Positions 13,086 to 25,642 of a stretch of DNA of 63,870 nt are shown here, piece after piece. The translations under genes and the position numbers were made by a program. Numbering within the stretch: the stretch's first letter is position 1; each line of letters begins with the position of its first letter. The notes under the pieces were generated by a model. That model did no database searches. It worked only from the letters and a program-made list of their open reading frames with translations, and was not told the origin of the DNA. This stretch comes from Euprymna scolopes (Eukaryota): NCBI GenBank assembly GCA_053919585.1, contig CM132820.1; one strand, given 5' to 3'.

Positions 13086-13574
13086 AGCAATCGTTTTATA
13101 AATATTAAACCAAATACAAAAATATTACTCACTCAATCAGAAAGTTAGTATCACCACGCAATTACCTTCTTGCAATCCTTGAAAAAAACATAACAATTCC
13201 GAATAGCATTGTTTTTATTTTTCGATTTCGAATCTCATTAACGAAACAAGGATGCTATGTTTTATTTTGTTTTATACGGGGCGTTTCATTTTTTTTCTTA
13301 ATTATAATTTTTTTCTATACCTATGCACACATTAACATCGCGCAGATCCCCCCAAAACAAACTCACAAAACCCAGAAACACAACATTAATATTTACATTG
13401 TTTGGTTTTCGTTTAAGGCATTAATCGCTTAGAATTAAGTTGACGCATAATATTTTATGCAGGTGTGTGATTATAGTCTAATTTTAGACACACCTTTCTT
13501 TAAACTGACAACTTTTCTTTCTTTTTTGTTCATAGTATTTGTGCGTGGGGATCCTGACAGCGATTATCAAAGGT

Positions 13575-13808
13575 TAAATTTGGAGCAAATATTTTGACTC
13601 CCCCTCACAAAATGGGTTGTCTAGTCCGAAAGCCGTTCTTAATATAGGATTGTTGCGGTTGACCATTCTGAAAGCCGTTCTTAATATGAGGATGTTGTGG
13701 GTGTCCATTCCGAAAGAATACTTAACATAAGGAGGTTGGGGATGGCTATTCCGAAAACCTTTCTTAACATGAGGAGGTTGAGGGTTGGACCCCCCACACC
13801 ACCACCAC

Positions 13809-13856
<48 letters not shown>

Positions 13857-14446
13857 CCGCATTTTATTTTTGTAAGAGGGGTCATATTTGATTATAGACC
13901 AATTGCTTTTTTTAAGATAAATTTTTACCTTAGACCCACCTACACACTTTTCTTTAAAATGACGACTTTTATACGTTTTCCACTATGCTGATTAAGAATA
14001 TCTCATTTACATTTGGCGGATATAAGTAGTTTTCGCGATATAAAACCCTGCATTATGCACTTTAAATCAGTGGCAGCCAGATAAGTACGCATGGACGAAG
14101 AACAAATCTATTTATATCTGCCCGACACAAATTTCTTTGTTGGTACATTTTGTTTGCACGTGGAGATCCTCACAACCATTCCCACTCACAAAATGAGGTG
14201 TCTATTCCGAAATGGTAATGTTGCGGGTGACCATACCGGAAGCCGTTCTTAACATGTCGAGGCTAGGGTTGTCCATTCCAAAAAGCGTGAGGAGGTTACG
14301 GGTGACTATTCCAAAAGCCGTTCTTAACATGAGGATGTTAGAGGTTGGACAACAACAGCAACAACAACGACAACCGTACTTTAATTTTTCTACGAGGGGG
14401 GACGGCATGCTTCCACCGGGCAACGCCGGTTAACGGGTTCTGCTAG
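13575..14446 (+). mobile_element. Non-autonomous Helitron-like element with ~42-bp internal subrepeats and (CAA)n
   Basis: Ends CCGGGCAACGCCGG...CTAG; CCATTCCGAAAGCCGTTCTTAACATGAGGATGTTG units; start uncertain. Confidence 0.6.
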
Positions 14447-14785
14447 TTTTATAATAAGAATACAAAAGCCAGAATGAAATAGCAGCCAAACAGTACATAA
14501 CCTAACCGTTAATACTTGTAAATGAAGTAGCTATTAGAAAATAATGCAATGATAATTTTTTTAAAATGAAACACCGCCAAATAAATGCCAGTCCACCTCT
14601 TTAATATCTTCCCCATCCCATCCGTGAAGCCTTGATCCTAAGAATCCCTACTGCAAATTCTGCAATTTGGCTTTTGTAACTTATATTTTCGAATTCTGAA
14701 AGACATTTTACATGTAAATCGTCTTATCCATTCTAAGCCTTATGAAAAACCCCATTAAATTTGCTAAGTGCGAAACGAGAATGAA

Positions 14786-17700
14786 ATAAGAGCAAAATAG
14801 CACCTCACCTAACTGTTAGAAATAAGAGCCAAATAGCATCTCACTTAACTGTTAGAAATAAGATCCAAATAGCACCTCACCTAACTGTTAGAAATAAGAG
14901 CCAAATAGCACCTCACCTAACTGTTAGAAATAAGAGCCAAATAGCACCTCACCTAACTGTTAGAAATAAGAGCCAAATAGCACCTCACCTAACTGTTAGA
15001 AATAAGAGCCAAATAGCACCTCACCTAACTGTTAGAAATAAGAGCCAAATAGCACCTCACCTAACTGTTAGAAATAAGAGCCAAATAGCACCTCACCTAA
15101 CTGTTAGAAATAAGAGCCAAATAGCACCTCACCTAACTGTTAGAAATAAGAGCCAAATAGCACCTCACCTAACTGTTAGAAATAAGAGCCAAATATCACC
15201 CCACCTAACTGTTAGAAATAAGAGCCAAATAGCATCTCACCTAACTGTTAGAAATAAGAGCCAAATAGCACCTCACCTAACTGTTAGAAATAAGAGCCAA
15301 ATAGCACCTCACCTGTTAGAAATAAGAGCCAAATAGCACCCCACCTTACTGTTAGAAATAAGAGGCAAATAGCACCCCACCTAACTGTTAGAAATAAGAG
15401 TCAAATAGCACCTCACCTAACTGTTAGAAATAAGAGCCAAATAGCACCCCACCTAACTGTTAGAAATAAGAGCCAAATAGCACCCCACCTAACTGTTAGA
15501 AATAAGAGCCAAATAGCACCTCACCTAACTGTTAGAAATAAGAGCCAAATAGCACCCCACCTAACTGTTAGAAATAAGAGCCAAATAGCACCCCACCTAA
15601 CTGTTAGAAATAAGAGCCAAATAGCACCTCACCTAACTGTTAGAAATAAGAGTCAAATAGCACCTCACCTAACTGTTAGAAATAAGAGCCAAATAGCACC
15701 CCACCTAACTGTTAGAAATAAGAGCCAAATAGCACCCCACCTAACTGTTAGAAATAAGAGCCAAATAGCACCTCACCTAACTGTTAGAAATAAGAGCCAA
15801 ATAGCACCTCACCTAACTGTTAGAAATAAGAGCCAAATATCACCCCACCTAACTGTTAGAAATAAGAGCCAAATAGCATCTCACCTAACTGTTAGAAATA
15901 AGAGCCAAATAGCACCTCACCTAACTGTTAGAAATAAGAGTCAAATAGCACCTCACCTAACTGTTAGAAATAAGAGTCAAATAGCACCTCACCTAACTGT
16001 TAGAAATAAGAGCCAAATAGCACCTCACCTAACTGTTAGAAATAAGAGTCAAATAGCACCTCACCTAACTGTTAGAAATAAGAGCCAAATAGCACCTCAC
16101 CTAACTGTTAGAAATAAGAGTCAAATAGCACCCCACCTAACTGTTAGAAATAAGAGTCAAATAGCACCTCACCTAACTGTTAGAAATAAGAGCCAAATAG
16201 CACCTCACCTAACTGTTAGAAATAAGAGTCAAATAGCACCTCACCTAACTGTTAGAAATAAGAGTCAAATAGCACCTCACCTAACTGTTAGAAATAAGAG
16301 CCAAATAGCACCTCACCTAACTGTTAGAAATAAGAGTCAAATAGCACCTCACCTAACTGTTAGAAATAAGAGCCAAATAGCACCTCACCTAACTGTTAGA
16401 AATAAGAGTCAAATAGCACCCCACCTAACTGTTAGAAATAAGAGTCAAATAGCACCTCACCTAACTGTTAGAAATAAGAGCCAAATAGCACCTCACCTAA
16501 CTGTAAGAAATAAGAGTCAAATAGCACCTCACCTAACTGTTAGAAATAAGAGCCAAATAGCACCTCACCTAACTGTTAGAAATAAGAGCCAAATATCACC
16601 CCACCTAACTGTTAGAAATAAGAGCCAAATATCACCTCACCTAACTGTTAGAAATAAGAGCCAAATAGCACCTCACCTAACTGTTAGAAATAAGAGCCAA
16701 ATATCACCCCACCTAACTGTTAGAAATAAGAGCCAAATATCACCTCACCTAACTGTTAGAAATAAGAGCCAAATATCACCCCACCTAACTGTTAGAAATA
16801 AGAGCCAAATAGCACCTCACCTAACTGTTAGAAATAAGAGTCAAATAGCACCTCACCTAACTGTTAGAAATAAGAGCCAAATAGCACCTCACCTAACTGT
16901 TAGAAATAAGAGCCAAATAGCACCTCACCTAACTGTTAGAAATAAGAGCCAAATAGCACCTCACCTAACTGTTAGAAATAAGAGCCAAATAGCACCCCAC
17001 CTAACTGTTAGAAATAAGAGCCAAATATCACCCCACCTAACTGTTAGAAATAAGAGCCAAATAGCATCTCACCTAACTGTTAGAAATAAGAGCCAAATAG
17101 CACCTCACCTAACTGTTAGAAATAAGAGCCAAATAGCATCTCACCTAACTGTTAGAAATAAGAGCCAAATAGCACCTCACCTAACTGTTAGAAATAAGAG
17201 CCAAATAGCACCTCACCTAACTGTTAGAAATAAGAGCCAAATAGCACCTCATCTAACTGTTAGAAATAAGAGTCAAATAGCACCTCACCTAACTGTTAGA
17301 AATAAGAGCCAAATAGCACCTCACCTAACTGTTAGAAATAAGAGCCAAATAGCACCTCACCTAACTGTTAGAAATAAGAGCCAAATATCACCCCACCTAA
17401 CTGTTAGAAATAAGAGCCAAATAGCATCTCACCTAACTGTTAGAAATAAGAGCCAAATAGCACCTCACCTAACTGTTAGAAATAAGAGCCAAATAGCACC
17501 TCACCTGTTAGAAATAAGAGCCAAATAGCACCCCACCTAACTGTTAGAAATAAGAGCCAAATAGAATCTCACCTGTTAGAAATAAGAGCCAAATAGCACC
17601 CTACCTAACTGTTAGAAATAAGAGCAAAATAGCACCTCACCTAACTGTTAGAAATAAGAGCCAAATAGCACCTCACCTAACTGTTAGAAATAAGAGCCAA

Positions 17701-18040
17701 ATAGCACCTCACCTAACTGTTAGAAATAAGAGCCAAATAGCACCCCACCTAACTGTTAGAAATAAGAGCCAAATAGCACCCCACCTAACTGTTAGAAATA
17801 AGAGTCAAATAGCACCTCACCTAACCGTTAGAAATAAGAGCCAAATAGAATCTCACCTTACCGTTAGAAATAAGAGCCAAATAGAATCTCACCTTACCGT
17901 TAGAAATAAGAGCCAAATAGAATCTCACCTTACCGTTAGAAATAAGAGCCAAAATAGAATCTCACCTTACCGTTAGAAATAAGAGCCAAATAGTATCTAA
18001 CCTTACAGTTAGAAATAAGAGCCAAATAGTATCTAACCTA
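14786..18040. repeat. 36-bp tandem satellite/minisatellite, ~90 copies (GAAATAAGAGCCAAATAGCACCTCACCTAACTGTTA)
   Basis: Head-to-tail units with no spacers; diverged edge units; a single diverged relative at ~14476-14512. Confidence 0.97.
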
Positions 18041-18419
18041 GCTGTGGTCACTGACAGACACTGGGCATGGAAGCAGAACTCTGCGCCGGCCCACAAGTCT
18101 AAAGAGACCTAGGCTTGGCTTCAGAAGGAGTGCTGCGACTTTGTACTTTTCTCTCACTACCTCTCTTCTCTGCCAATCTGAACCTGTTGGGTTACTTCGA
18201 TTGGTCATCTGTCGAGAACATCACTAACATGACCTCCCACAACACCAAAGCCAGCCTGATTATCGCATCCATCGAGTATTCACCGAGCTCCCGTGTAAAA
18301 AGCATGCTCCCAGTTCTAGTAAAACAAAGAGATGTTAGAACATAATGTAAAAATAAATTTTTAAATTAAAAAAACAAAAAAACAAACAAAAAACTACTAC
18401 ACCACCGAATGAATATAAG

Positions 18420-18990
18420 TCCGTCTTTGAAAAATTTTCGACCCTCCTCAACCCCATCAAATCTTTAACTCTAGAGGCGCTTTCAGCGAATACTGTGATA
18501 TCTTTTCGCCTGATCGTCTTCTGCTTGATCACGCACACGTCCACCGAAAATGGCGATGTCTTTCGGACAAATTATCTTTTCGGTGATGGTGTTTTCGGCG
18601 ATTTCCTTTTTCCTTTGAAAAGATGAGAAGCAGTCTCTCCATCAGATCCGTTTTGAAAGGGCAGTCATGCCGCTAGGTGCTTTGATGGCTTACTTCTACA
18701 TGGTACAAATCGAATACGGATTTCAGCCATACTCCTTCGCAATAGCACTCGAACGCATGGCATCCTCATATTTCTTAATTATCTTCAGCTTCGTTTTCAT
18801 AGCAAGCATCTTCATCTTCTTTCCTCGAACAGCAGCATCATTCTTCGAACTCGTGTCTACAATGCGTGTTCAATAAAGCAACACGAAAACAAAACGAAAA
18901 TGAATAATAGTTAATACCGAAACGCAAGAAAGCTGGGGATAAACAAAACAAGCGAATGCATAATGGGAATTTTTTGAAAATCATAAAAAT
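18420..18990 (-). mobile_element. Tigger/pogo-like transposase 5' fragment
   Basis: KTKLKIIKKYEDAMRSSAIAKEYG (CENP-B-type HTH) and ERLLLIFSKEKEIAENTITEKIIC on the minus strand, with stops. Confidence 0.7.
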
Positions 18991-19021
18991 CACTTTTTAT
19001 TTCTTCCTTTTTTCATTTCAC

Positions 19022-19400
19022 ATTTTTTTACAAGGAGGTCACCACCTATCAAGGCCCAGAAGCCACTCAGGGATAAGGGTTATTGCATGTACAGTACGTT
19101 GTACGTTAGTGTTGAGATTTCATATAGCGTCTACTTAAGGGGGCGGCCTATCAGGAACTTGTTTACGTTGGACTTGAAGACATCCAAGTTGTAGTCAGGT
19201 GGGAAACAGGCAGACGGAACAGAGTTCCACTGGCGTACTGTTCTAAGAAAGAAGCTGTGTTCATGGAATCTACGTTTTGATTTAGGCACAGGTAGAGAGT
19301 GGGGAAGACTTTTGACAGTGGCTTCAGCTAGACGGGTGTTTTTCGTAAAAGATTGGCGAGGGGGGGATCAGACAAGCACTTGCCATGGAAATAACATCCA
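19022..19400 (-). mobile_element. CR1 (Zenon-like) LINE 3' fragment, family 1
   Basis: Poly-A tail, conserved 3' UTR, SFFLRTVRQWNSVPSACFPPDYNLDVFKSNVNKFL. Confidence 0.85.
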
Positions 19401-20440
19401 AGAATAAAATTCTATTTCAGCAAACGACTGAGAGGTATGAGATCATTTTTTATTAAATCGTTATTTCAATCATCACTCGTAACGTCAAAACTAAGGGCAG
19501 GGTACCCCCAACGCGCACCACAGATTTACCCCCCATATGTAACACGGGATAACTGTAATTCAATGTAATATTATCATCTTAACCTTTTTCTTATTTAAAA
19601 GAAGGAGCTTCAAATAAACTGCTCATATTTTTTTACAATTTTTTTATAGCATACGAACATAATGAAAATGCGAGACTAAAATCGTGTTTACATTATACAC
19701 GTTTTAAAACAACGCTCCTATGTAGTGTACGTACTGTCTATTGGCTTTTTGTCCCACATAGTAGCAAGTGGTGTGAGGTACGCGCGTGCGCACGCATGCC
19801 GAAAAGGCACGCTGTCGGTCCGTAGATCGTCCAGCTAGGAGGCTGGTCTGAAAAAGGAGAAACCGCTTATTGCTCTTTCTTTTATAGGTGTTTCCGGTGG
19901 TCTTTTGCGCATGCGTGGATTTCCTTTGAAAGGGGAAGTGACGTTGTCCATGCGTGCGTGTATGTGAGTACATGTGTGTACGTTAGCGTGTGTTTGTGTA
20001 CACGTGAATGTGAGTGTATGTACGCGAACGTGAATATATGTACGTGTGTGGACGTGGGCGCGTATGTTTGTGTGCGCGTATGTATATGACAAGTAATATA
20101 GCTTGAAATGTGAACGCGTGTTTTTGTGTGGGACTAGAAAAGGCTCGCGCAGTAGTTACTTTTTTGAAGCTGTAAACGTACCCATGTTTTAAAATTTTAG
20201 CAAAAATCAAATAATAGTCATACTTTCCTGAAATTTTCGATATTTATTCATTTTCAAAATAACTTACATAATAAACGTCGGTCTCGTTAAACATGAGAGG
20301 AAATATTCTCAGGTGTTCTAACCCCCTATATTTATGTTACGAAAACTACAAAAATAAATAGAAATTTCAACATTTTTTAAAGCTAAAAAGATCAAATAAT
20401 TAAAAAAATAGTTACTTCTGGATATATATATATATATCCA

Positions 20441-20958
20441 GAATTTTTAAACATTTTTAATTTAAATGTTCATTACGTCAGGCAGACAGTGATCAAATCG
20501 TTATACGATGATCTACGCATAAGAGCTAAATTGACAGACTTTTTAATTCAACAGAAAGTGCTCAACGATAAGAAACGAATTTCTTAAAGGGGCTGTCATA
20601 ATTATTTTTTTACTATAATAATTAAATACCTACAGACACTAGTGTTTCATCCTTTCGGGATTCTTCAGTGCAGGGTGTCACGATTACTACCAGTCGAACG
20701 ATTCGAACCCCGCGACACGAGACATCTCTGGCTCGATTAGCGGAGACCGTATCCATTCGGCTACTATTAACCGTGTGAAATAGCGTTGAATTTTTAAACA
20801 TTTTAATTTAAATGTTCATTACGTCAGACAGACAGTGATCAAATCGTTATACGATGATCTACGCATAAGAGCTAAATTGACCGACTTTTTAATTCAACAG
20901 AAAGTGCTCAACGATAAGAAACGAATTTCTTAAAGGGGCTGTCATAATTATTTTTTTT

Positions 20959-20960
<2 letters not shown>
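20441..20960 (-). ncRNA. Family A tRNA-HHR element as a 1.5-mer partial tandem (period 347 bp), intact hammerhead
   Basis: Direct repeat 20441-20612 / 20788-20960; A box TAGCCGAATGG (20763-20753), B box GGGTTCGAATC (20710-20700); HHR 20674-20629 CCTGCA-CTGAAGA-ATCC CGAAA GGAT-GAAA-CACTAGTG-TC-TGTAGG. Confidence 0.9.
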
Positions 20961-21030
<70 letters not shown>

Positions 21031-21164
21031 CAATAAGTTTACCAAGGTAAACAAAATGGTAAACTTAAAATATATTATAAATATTAAAGAGTTAATATTT
21101 ACAAGTAAAATAAACTCAGCCAGATGTAAAAGCTCAATAAAACCGAAAAGGAAGTAGAGCTTAT

Positions 21165-21633
21165 AATATGAACAAATGATTAATAAAACATGTTAAAAGA
21201 CATCTTGAAAAAGAGTTAAAAACATATTTAATTTTAAAAAAAGGAAACACAAGATAAGTGGATGGTCCTTAATCCGCGGAGTTTCGAAGAAATACTCTCC
21301 TTATCATCAGAGGGCAGAAATTAGCAAAATACAGGATCGGATTTTGCATATAAAAGTATTTAATGAAACTACAAGTAAGTCACAGATCTTACTTGGTTAA
21401 AAAAAGGGTGAGGTAAAGGGAACAGAAGGCAAAAGAAAAATGATAAAAAGATTTCACATGAATGGATAGTCCGGTGAAGGGTAAAAATCCAAAAATGGTA
21501 AAATCCAAAAAGGTCGAATTTAAAACTCCGCGGATTAAGGACTATCCACTTATCTTGTGTTTCCTTTTTTAACATTAAATATGTTTTTAACTCTTTTTGA
21601 AGATGTCTTTTAACATGTTTTATTAATCATTTG

Positions 21634-21640
<7 letters not shown>
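21165..21640. mobile_element. Foldback element with ~120-bp inverted arms carrying a hammerhead (21265-21315, minus)
   Basis: GCCCT-CTGATGA-..-GAAA-CTCCGCGGAT-TA-AGGAC; the right arm repeats only stem III onward; flanked by (TA)n. Confidence 0.7.
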
Positions 21641-21711
<71 letters not shown>

Positions 21712-23915
21712 ATTTAGTTCACTCACCTTAAAGTTGTAAATAAAATTGGATATAAAATCAATATTATTATATTAAAAAAAAAAACAACAACTCTTTTTCC
21801 CGATAATTTTTTTTACCAGTAATAAAATTATTTGAATTACAAGAAACAAAATTCTAAAAAATAATTATTTATTAAAAAGCTTAAAATCATATTAAATTCT
21901 AATATTCCGCGATATGAAGTTTAAGCAAATATTTTTTTTAATAATAGTTTTCCAATATTAAAAAGAAAAACAGGTTCATATAATAGACTATATAACCCTA
22001 GGTAATATAAAAATCAAGAATCCCAAATCAACTTAACCAAATTCGTTTTATTTGATTATTAGAATTGATGTACATTCAAATTTATTTTTGCGTCTTTTTC
22101 AAAAAAAGGTATGGAGGCCTTTAAGAATCATTATCTTTATATACATAAGTTTCAACAGAGGACGTTAACATTAATTTATTTTATTAACTCTCGTTTGTGT
22201 AGTTCGTTAATAAAATCTATTTATTTTACAAAAAGGTAGGTTTTATTTTTTTCATCCATTTTTTGTAAATTTTATTTATTCATAAATTTCTGCATAAAAA
22301 ACATATAACAAGTTTATCGTTTTACGTATAAATTTCGATTTCTTTGCGGCCTTTTTTCTTACATCTTCCAATCTTTAACACGGACTATTTTCTTTTTCGT
22401 AATATATGAGAAATAACTTTTTTTGGAACTTATGCACTTCTGTTACCATGCTAAAGTAATAAAATCAGTATTTAGAAAGTCATTCTTAACATAGAAGGAG
22501 TGGGAGTTTTGTAACTATTTTGTACTTTCACCTAACAATTTGATAAAAAATATTGTAAATCTTGGATTTAACTTGAAAATGTGATTTAAAAAATAGCACG
22601 GTAATATAAGTACATTAGCACCAGGTTTATTATTAGTTTATTATTAGTTTATTATTAGTTTTATTGAATAAATATCGATTGAAAACACATTTTATCATTG
22701 TTCTTGAAGGAGATATTGTCTTTTTTTAAGAGGACAGCACACCCCATAATATTAAAAAAAAACTAGTTTTACTTGTTTACTGTNNNNNNNNNNNNNNNNN
22801 NNNNNNNNNNNNNNNNNNNNNNNNNNNNNNNNNNNNNNNNNNNNNNNNNNNNNNNNNNNNNNNNNNNNNNNNNNNNNNNNNNNNNNNNNNNNNNNNNNNN
22901 NNNNNNNNNNNNNNNNNNNNNNNNNNNNNNNNNNNNNNNNNNNNNNNNNNGTTGCTTGGATTGACATGAAGTTCTGTTTGAAACACACCGGTATACTAAT
23001 TATTTTCATCATGGGCAACATGGATACCCCCCACAATAAAAAATAAAAGAGCGGATGAAAACATGTAAATGTAATCGTCCCAAAAAAGAAGTATGCGATA
23101 CCCTCTCCACCAGATATTTCAGCAGAAGGGCTACAAAGAGAAGAAACTATTCTCCGGATATTGAGCACTGGAAATACCTCTCCAAAGAAAAGATAATTAA
23201 AAATAAATCATTACAACTTTTGTTTTAATAAAAATAGCAGTGAATGCTCGTGCAATCGCAAAAAAAAAAAAAAAAGATTTACCAAAAATTAATTCCAAAA
23301 ACAATTAAATGACATTTTTCGTCATTTTATATTTCTAATGTAATCATCCCCCCCCACACCTAAAAAATTGAATTTGTCCTATTTTGGGGTTCGTTCTGTT
23401 TATAAAATTGTTAGGTGAAAGTACATAATGGTTTCATAAAACTTAATTGAATTTATCGTTATTTTATGTTTCAAATGTAATCCCCCCCCCAGAAAAAAAA
23501 CTAAACATTTTTGTATTTGTCATGTTTTATACCCCCTCCCTCGATCGCCAAACTTGAAAAAATGCTAGAGATGACATGTCTGGTTGAACGCTTTGTGCCC
23601 AAAAAGTGGGTTCTCATTTTACGTTAAATTTATTTAGAAAAGTTATTCCCCACGCTAAAATGTTAATTTTTTTTTCAAAATTTCTTCTTCCATATTATTT
23701 ATAAAGACTGCTGTAGTAGGCCACAAAAAACAGGTCTTAATTTTTTTGGTCAATGTCAAGTTTCTTTCCAACTCCCCCCAAGACCTTAAAACGACGACTA
23801 GTTTCATATCTTCATTTGATAGTTTTCTTTCTATATCTTTCTTACTTTTCCCCTCTTACTTCTACTCTTTTATAAATTTTAACCTTTCCGAAATAAAATT
23901 ATAAAAATTTAGTTA

Positions 23916-24007
<92 letters not shown>

Positions 24008-24810
24008 AGTTGGTTTACCCTAATTAATATTCAATTTATTTCGTAGATATACCTTATTATAACTAGTGTTTTTACATCCATTCTAAAAATTAACACAATT
24101 AACACATTTGGCTTATTTTTTGAGTCAACACTTCAATCATACAACATTCACTTATTTTAACATATACAGCGAATTTGTAGGTTAATGTTTGGGATTTTAA
24201 TTCTATAAATAAGTTTATTGTATTATGAGTATTAAAAATTTGTCACTACAATCCATAAACTAATATTTGTAGCAAACTAATGTCTAACACGTCGAAACAT
24301 TGCGATCAAGTCAGAAGTTATAATATCACGAATTTACTACTGTAAGAATAAATTGCTTTGACTCTTCCGGAAATAAAGGATCGCAGTTATTCCCCTTGAC
24401 CGGAATTAAGGATTCTGCCATATTGATTCTCGAAAACACGTGTATACTTTTAAGTTTAAATCTAATTTAATATTTAATTTCGCATCCATATCTAATTATA
24501 AAATATGATCACATGCTCTTATTTATCATTTTTAAATTAAATACTACATTATGTGAGATATAATATCATATTTATCTTCATAGTTTATTTAGAATATATA
24601 TATATGTTTATAACTTTTCATTATATTTGCTATCATTATCTTAATACATTTAATTATTTAATTAGTTTATAATGTTTTACGATTAATAGTTTATTTTAGT
24701 TCATTAGTTAAAGAAAAATACTAAATAAGCATGTTATGATAGTTTAAAAATATTTTCTTCTAATCTATTCCTCTAAACATGTTATATTTAAGCCAATGTT
24801 TTTGGATCTT

Positions 24811-24901
<91 letters not shown>

Positions 24902-24973
24902 AAAATTGGTGATTATTAATAACCTGAAGAGAGTGCCCAATACGATTGCAGAGAAAATATGTGTTTTATTTTT

Positions 24974-25150
24974 TTATTACCTTTTATCTGTTCAGTTACA
25001 TATGTTTCGGATGCTGGAACATGTTTACGATCCAGCAGCCTCGCCAGACCTTACAGAAACAGGTTTCTGTGAGGCCTGACGAAGCTGCAGGATCGTAAAC
25101 ATGGTCCATTATCCGAAACATATGTAACTGAACAGATAAAGTGGTAATAA
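24974..25150. ncRNA. ~177-bp palindrome of two head-to-head hammerhead-like motifs
   Basis: Near-perfect inverted repeat centred ~25061; plus arm CTGACGA...GAAA-CATATG-TA-ACTGAACAG. Confidence 0.65.
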
Positions 25151-25488
25151 TCTATTCCTCTAAACATGTTATATTTAAGNNNNNNNNNNNNNNNNNNNNN
25201 NNNNNNNNNNNNNNNNNNNNNNNNNNNNNNNNNNNNNNNNNNNNNNNNNNNNNNNNNNNNNNNNNNNNNNNNNNNNNNNNNNNNNNNNNNNNNNNNNNNN
25301 NNNNNNNNNNNNNNNNNNNNNNNNTTAATAACCTGAAGAGAGTGATCAATACGATTGCAGAGAAAATATGTGTTTTATTTTTTATTACCGTTTTATCTAT
25401 TCAGTTACATATGTTCCGGATGCTGGAACATGTTTACGATCCAGCAGCATCGCCAGACCTTACAGAAACAGGTTTCTGTAAGTTTTTT

Positions 25489-25569
25489 TTTCTGTAAAAG
25501 TCTGAGGACGCTACAGACAGCCAAAAAAAATAGCCGAGTAGCCGAAACAATAATGTAACTTAACAGAAA
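25489..25569 (+). ncRNA. Type I hammerhead ribozyme motif
   Basis: TTCTGT..AAGT-CTGAGGA-(GCTAC..GTAGC)-GAAA-CAATAATG-TA-ACTT.ACAGAA. Confidence 0.65.
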
Positions 25570-25587
25570 GATACGGTAAAAAAATAA

Positions 25588-25642
<55 letters not shown>

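Noticed and set aside
13574-13991. Poly-Q/poly-C/poly-T ORFs and the many YIYI/HTHT ORFs elsewhere
   Set aside because: Translations of (CAA)n, (TA)n and (CA)n microsatellites
14786-18040. CRISPR array (36-bp repeats)
   Set aside because: Units are contiguous with no unique spacers, there are no cas genes, and the context is eukaryotic
18140-18320. Additional RTE fragment (W.GHV-like) on the minus strand
   Set aside because: Similarity requires frameshifts and is too short to support
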